A DNA stretch of 32,000 nt from Mycobacterium tuberculosis H37Rv (lineage in GTDB: Bacteria > Actinomycetota > Actinomycetes > Mycobacteriales > Mycobacteriaceae): contig NC_000962.3 of NCBI RefSeq assembly GCF_000195955.2, forward strand, positions 3,780,001 to 3,812,000. The letters run 5' to 3'. The position numbers and the translations under genes are program-made. Below the pieces are notes generated by a model that searched no databases, was not told the origin of the DNA, and saw only the letters and a list, made by a program, of their open reading frames with translations. Below, in pieces: positions 28,461-32,000 of the stretch (position 1 is its first letter; each line of letters opens with the position of its first letter).

Positions 28461-29387
28461 GTGAGCGTCGTATTCGCCGACGTCGACACCGGCATCGACG
28501 ACGCGCTGGCCGTGATCTATCTGCTGGCCAGTCCCGACGCCGATCTGGTCGGCATCGCCTCGACCGGCGGAAACATCGCGGTAGGTCAAGTGTGCGCGAA
28601 CAACCTGAGCTTGCTCGAATTGTGCGGTGCCGCAGACATCCCCGTGTCCAAAGGCGCCGATGAGCCGCTCGGCGGCCGGTGGCCCGATCACCCAAAGTTT
28701 CACGGCCCCAAGGGGATAGGCTATGCCGAGCTGCCGGCCAGCAATCGCCGGCTCACCGATTATGACGCCACGACGGCCTGGATCGCGGCGGCGCACTCCC
28801 ACGCCGGCGACCTGATCGGTCTGGTCACCGGCCCGCTGACCAACCTGGCGCTGGCGCTGCGCGCCGAACCCGCGCTGCCGAGGCTGCTGCGCCGGCTGGT
28901 GATCATGGGCGGCATGTTCGACGGCCAGCCGATCACCGAATGGAACATCCGGGTGGATCCCGAGGCGGCCAGCGAGGTGTTCACCGCGTGGGCCGGACAA
29001 CGACAACTGCCGATCGTGTGCGGTTTGGATCTCACCCGGCGGGTCGCGATGACACCGGACATTCTCGCCCGGCTGGCGTCCGTCTGCGGCTCGTCTCCGG
29101 TGATGCGGGTGATCGAGGACGCGCTGCGGTTCTACTTCGAGTCTCATGAGGCGCGCGGACATGGGTACCTGGCATATATGCACGACCCGCTGGCCGCCGC
29201 GGTCGCAATGGACCCGGAACTCCTGACGACCCGGACCGCGACGGTGGATGTCGACCCGACGGGGGCGACGGTCACCGACTGGTCCGGGAAGCGAAATCCC
29301 AACGCGCGGATCGGCATGAGCGTCGATCCGGCGGTGTTCTTCGACCGGTTCGTCGAACGGATCGGACGATTCGCGCGCCGAACGTGA
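28461..29387 (+). CDS. iunH: Inosine-uridine preferring nucleoside hydrolase IunH, 308 aa
   Basis: VVFADVDTGIDDALAVIYLL (DxDxxxDD), YAELPASNRRLTDYDATTAWI, LVTGPLTNLALALRAEP, RLVIMGGMF. Confidence 0.92.
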   Translation: MSVVFADVDTGIDDALAVIYLLASPDADLVGIASTGGNIAVGQVCANNLSLLELCGAADIPVSKGADEPLGGRWPDHPKFHGPKGIGYAELPASNRRLTDYDATTAWIAAAHSHAGDLIGLVTGPLTNLALALRAEPALPRLLRRLVIMGGMFDGQPITEWNIRVDPEAASEVFTAWAGQRQLPIVCGLDLTRRVAMTPDILARLASVCGSSPVMRVIEDALRFYFESHEARGHGYLAYMHDPLAAAVAMDPELLTTRTATVDVDPTGATVTDWSGKRNPNARIGMSVDPAVFFDRFVERIGRFARRT

Positions 29388-29441
29388 ACTGACGGCGGGA
29401 TTTTCCCGAAATTCTCGCCCTGACGTCACGTTCGGCGCAAG

Positions 29442-31025
29442 TCATTCGTAGCTTCCCTCCAGATACCACCGCCGCTGCCGGTAGCACAGCAGCAACGCGG
29501 TGCCGGGATCGCCGTCCAGCAATACCTGAGCGCGCGCGGTGCGGCCACTCGCCCGATCCGGATCCCACCACCGCTCGTCGTCCGGCCACGGTCCGGCCCA
29601 CCAGCGCAGCCGATCGTCTCGGCCACGAACCCTCAGCCGCGCCGGGTCCGCGGAGAACATCCCCCGGCTGGTCACCCGTATCGGGTTTCCTTGGGCGTCA
29701 AGCAAGTCCACCGGATCGTCGAACAGCACCGCCGGCGACGGGTCGGGCAACCTGCCGGGCCACGGCTGACCGGGGTCGGCCTGCGGCACCGGCTCAGGGG
29801 CTACTAGGCCCAGCACGGTCAACGTGATGCGTTCGGCCGGGCCGTGTCCGCCGGATAGCACCGGCACCCGCACGGCCTCCGGACCGAGCAAGCCCTGCAC
29901 CCGCACCAGCGCCCGACGGGCCCGAAGCCTGTCCTGTTCACCGAGCCCGCCCCATAGCGGCAACTGCAAGCCTTCCGATGCGGACACCGTCTCCACCGCC
30001 TGCAGCCGCAGCAGAGTCACCGCCGCGGTGGGCCGGTCACGAGCATTCCGGTTGTTCAACCACCCGTCCAGTTGCCAGCGCACCCGGTCGGCGGTGGCGT
30101 CCTCGGTCAGCGGCTCGGCGCACCGCCACACCCGGCTGCGCTCTTCGCCGTTGGCGGTGACGGCATGAATGGCCAGCCGGGTGCAGCCCACTCCGGCGGC
30201 CATCAGCGCCCGATGCAGCTCGGCGGCCAGCGAGCGCCCGGCGAACGCCGCGGCGTCGACCCGGTCGATCGGCGGATCGCATGCCAGCTCGGCGGCCAGA
30301 TCCGGCGGCGGCTCCCGCCCGCAGGGCGCCCGTTCCGGTTCGCCGCGGGCGAACCGGTGCGCGGCCACCGCGTCGGCACCGAACCTGGACGCCACGTCGG
30401 TACGAGACAGCGCGGCGAACTGTCCGATGGTGCGAATCCCCATCCTCCACAACAGATCCGTCAGGTCGTCCCGGCCCGGCCCGGACAGGCTCGGCTCGGT
30501 GGCAAGTTGGCGGATCGACAGCAGCGACAGAAACCGCGCATCGCCTCCCGGCTCCACGATGCGGCCAGCACGCGCGGCGAAAACCGCGGTAGACAACCGG
30601 TCGGCGATTCCGACCTGACACTCCGCGCCGGCCGCGGCCACCGCGTCGATCAGCCGCTCGGCCGCCATCTGCTCGGACCCGAAAAAACGGGCCGGCCCGC
30701 GCACCGGCAACACCAGGAGCCCGGGCCGCAGCAGCTCGGCGCGGGGCACCAGATCGTCTACCGCCGCGATCACCCCTTCGAAGAGCCGGGCGTCGCGGTC
30801 GGCGTCGGCAGTCGCTATAAACAGTTGCGGACACCGCGCCGCCGCCTCCCGACGCCGCAACCCTCGGCGCACCCCGGCCGCCCGCGCGGTCGCCGAGCAG
30901 GCGATCACCCGGTTTGCCAACGTGACCGCGACCGGGGCCGTCGCGGATAGGCCCGCGGCCGCGGCCGCCGCGACCGCGGGCCAGTCCATACACCAGATCG
31001 CCAGCACGCGAGCGGAGGCCATCAC
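29442..31025 (-). CDS. imuB: ImuB, inactive Y-family polymerase-like mutasome scaffold (Rv3394c), 527 aa
   Basis: [20 protein letters not shown]...[24 protein letters not shown]; [44 protein letters not shown]; C-terminal clamp-binding-like QLPLWG. Confidence 0.94.
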
Positions 31026-31636
31026 CGTCCACGCCCGTTGATCTGCAGCCGCACCCCACTGATCCGCCCCAACCCCGGGGTGGGCACGCCCCTGAGGGCC
31101 GGGGTGATCTCATAGCCGCAGACCCGGGCCGCAAGCCGCGTCGACACGCCTTGCCAGTCGCCGTCGGTGACCAGCAGGGTGCAGCCTTTTTGACGGGCAC
31201 GGGCCACCACTGCCCGCGCCCGCGCCCGCGTCACCCGGCGCCCTCCCAGACCGAGCACCACCAGATCCATGCCGTCGATCAGCACAGCGGCCACCTCAAC
31301 CGGATCGGTCCCGGGATCTGGTATCACCGCGAGCCGGCTCAGATCCGCCCCCATCTCCACCGCGGCCAGCAACCCGATATCCGGCTGGCCAACGATGGCC
31401 GCGTTTCCCCCGGCCGCCGTCACCGATGCCACCATGCTCAGCAGCAGTGACCGCGCACCCGACAGCACTCCCACCGTCCCCGGGGGCAACGACACCGGTC
31501 CCGCCGGCACCAGGTCGCCCGAACGGCTGGGCCCCCCGGACACCTTCTCGGACAGCAAAGCCATCTGCCGTCGTAGTGATTCGAGCTGCTCAGCACCATT
31601 TTCAAGGCGTTGGTCGGAGGCGAAGGCCGCAGTCAT
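31022..31636 (-). CDS. imuA': ImuA' (RecA-like SOS mutagenesis accessory protein, Rv3395c), 204 aa
   Basis: [35 protein letters not shown]...[57 protein letters not shown]; 3' end overlaps the imuB start. The supplied ORF extends through the SOS box to 31906. Confidence 0.93.
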
Positions 31637-31650
31637 GACCAGCCTCCTGT

Positions 31651-31666
31651 TCGAAAATATGTTCGA
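31651..31666. promoter_or_regulatory. LexA/SOS box upstream of imuA'-imuB
   Basis: TCGAAAATATGTTCGA, one mismatch from TCGAAC-N4-GTTCGA, located 15-30 nt upstream of the imuA' ATG. Confidence 0.9.
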
Positions 31667-31703
31667 AGTCAGTAAACACCCGTCCTTGGAGTCCGTCAAG
31701 GTC

Positions 31704-32000
31704 ATGAGAGGCTGCCTTGTGCAATCGCGTAAAACCACCTCGGTACTGGCGGCTGCCCTGCTGTTTTGCGGCCTGTTAGGCCCAGGGACGGCCCCACCGG
31801 CCACCGGTGGCGGGCCTGCCTGCCGGCCGGCAGAGCTCTTCGCCACCGACAACACCACCGATGGGTTCGAGCTACCGGCCGTTGCGACTATCGCACTAAC
31901 CGGCACGGTGGTGACCGGATCGACCCTGGTCGACGGCGTGTTCTGGTCGAATGAGCGCCAGCAGATCGGCTACGAGCGCTCCCGTGAATTTCATCTGTGC
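31704..32000 (+). CDS. Partial exported/membrane protein (Rv3395A-like), truncated by window end
   Basis: ATG frame open for 99 codons: [99 protein letters not shown], with a signal-peptide-like N-terminus. Not in the supplied ORF track. Confidence 0.75.

Noticed and set aside
1-32000. tRNA, rRNA or prophage modules
   Set aside because: No tRNA cloverleaf, rRNA signature, integrase or phage structural genes were seen on reading; no formal scan could be run.

Overview
This window matches the Mycobacterium tuberculosis-complex locus I recall as roughly Rv3367 to Rv3395A; locus names are from memory and no search was run. In order it contains: a PE_PGRS C-terminal tail; a nitroreductase-like gene; a PNPOx/F420-type gene; SOS-controlled dnaE2; a WS/DGAT-family gene; otsB2; a small PE-like remnant; echA18 interrupted by an in-frame TGA; amiD; a HAD hydrolase; the AT-rich diterpene (tuberculosinyl-adenosine) genes Rv3378c/Rv3377c; dxs2 and ispH1/lytB1, separated by a complete IS6110; idsB; vapBC46; an IS1560-like element; PE_PGRS52; a hydratase-like gene; lipoprotein lpqD; acrA1; cmaA1; iunH; and imuB/imuA' with a second SOS box. 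I found no obviously undescribed system; the diterpene island and the SOS mutasome are both known. The most useful sequence-level observations are: (1) IS6110 with an AAT duplication sits about 13 codons into an ancestral dxs2 whose ATG overlapped the ispH1 stop (ATGA), and dxs2 carries a second, independent frameshift; (2) echA18 is broken by a single in-frame stop; (3) LpqD has the histidine-phosphatase layout but appears to have lost both catalytic histidines; (4) the WS/DGAT HHxxxDG motif is degenerate; (5) two LexA-type palindromes lie upstream of the two halves of one mutagenesis system; (6) there is a 24-bp perfect hairpin after PE_PGRS52; (7) there is a short PE N-terminal relic.
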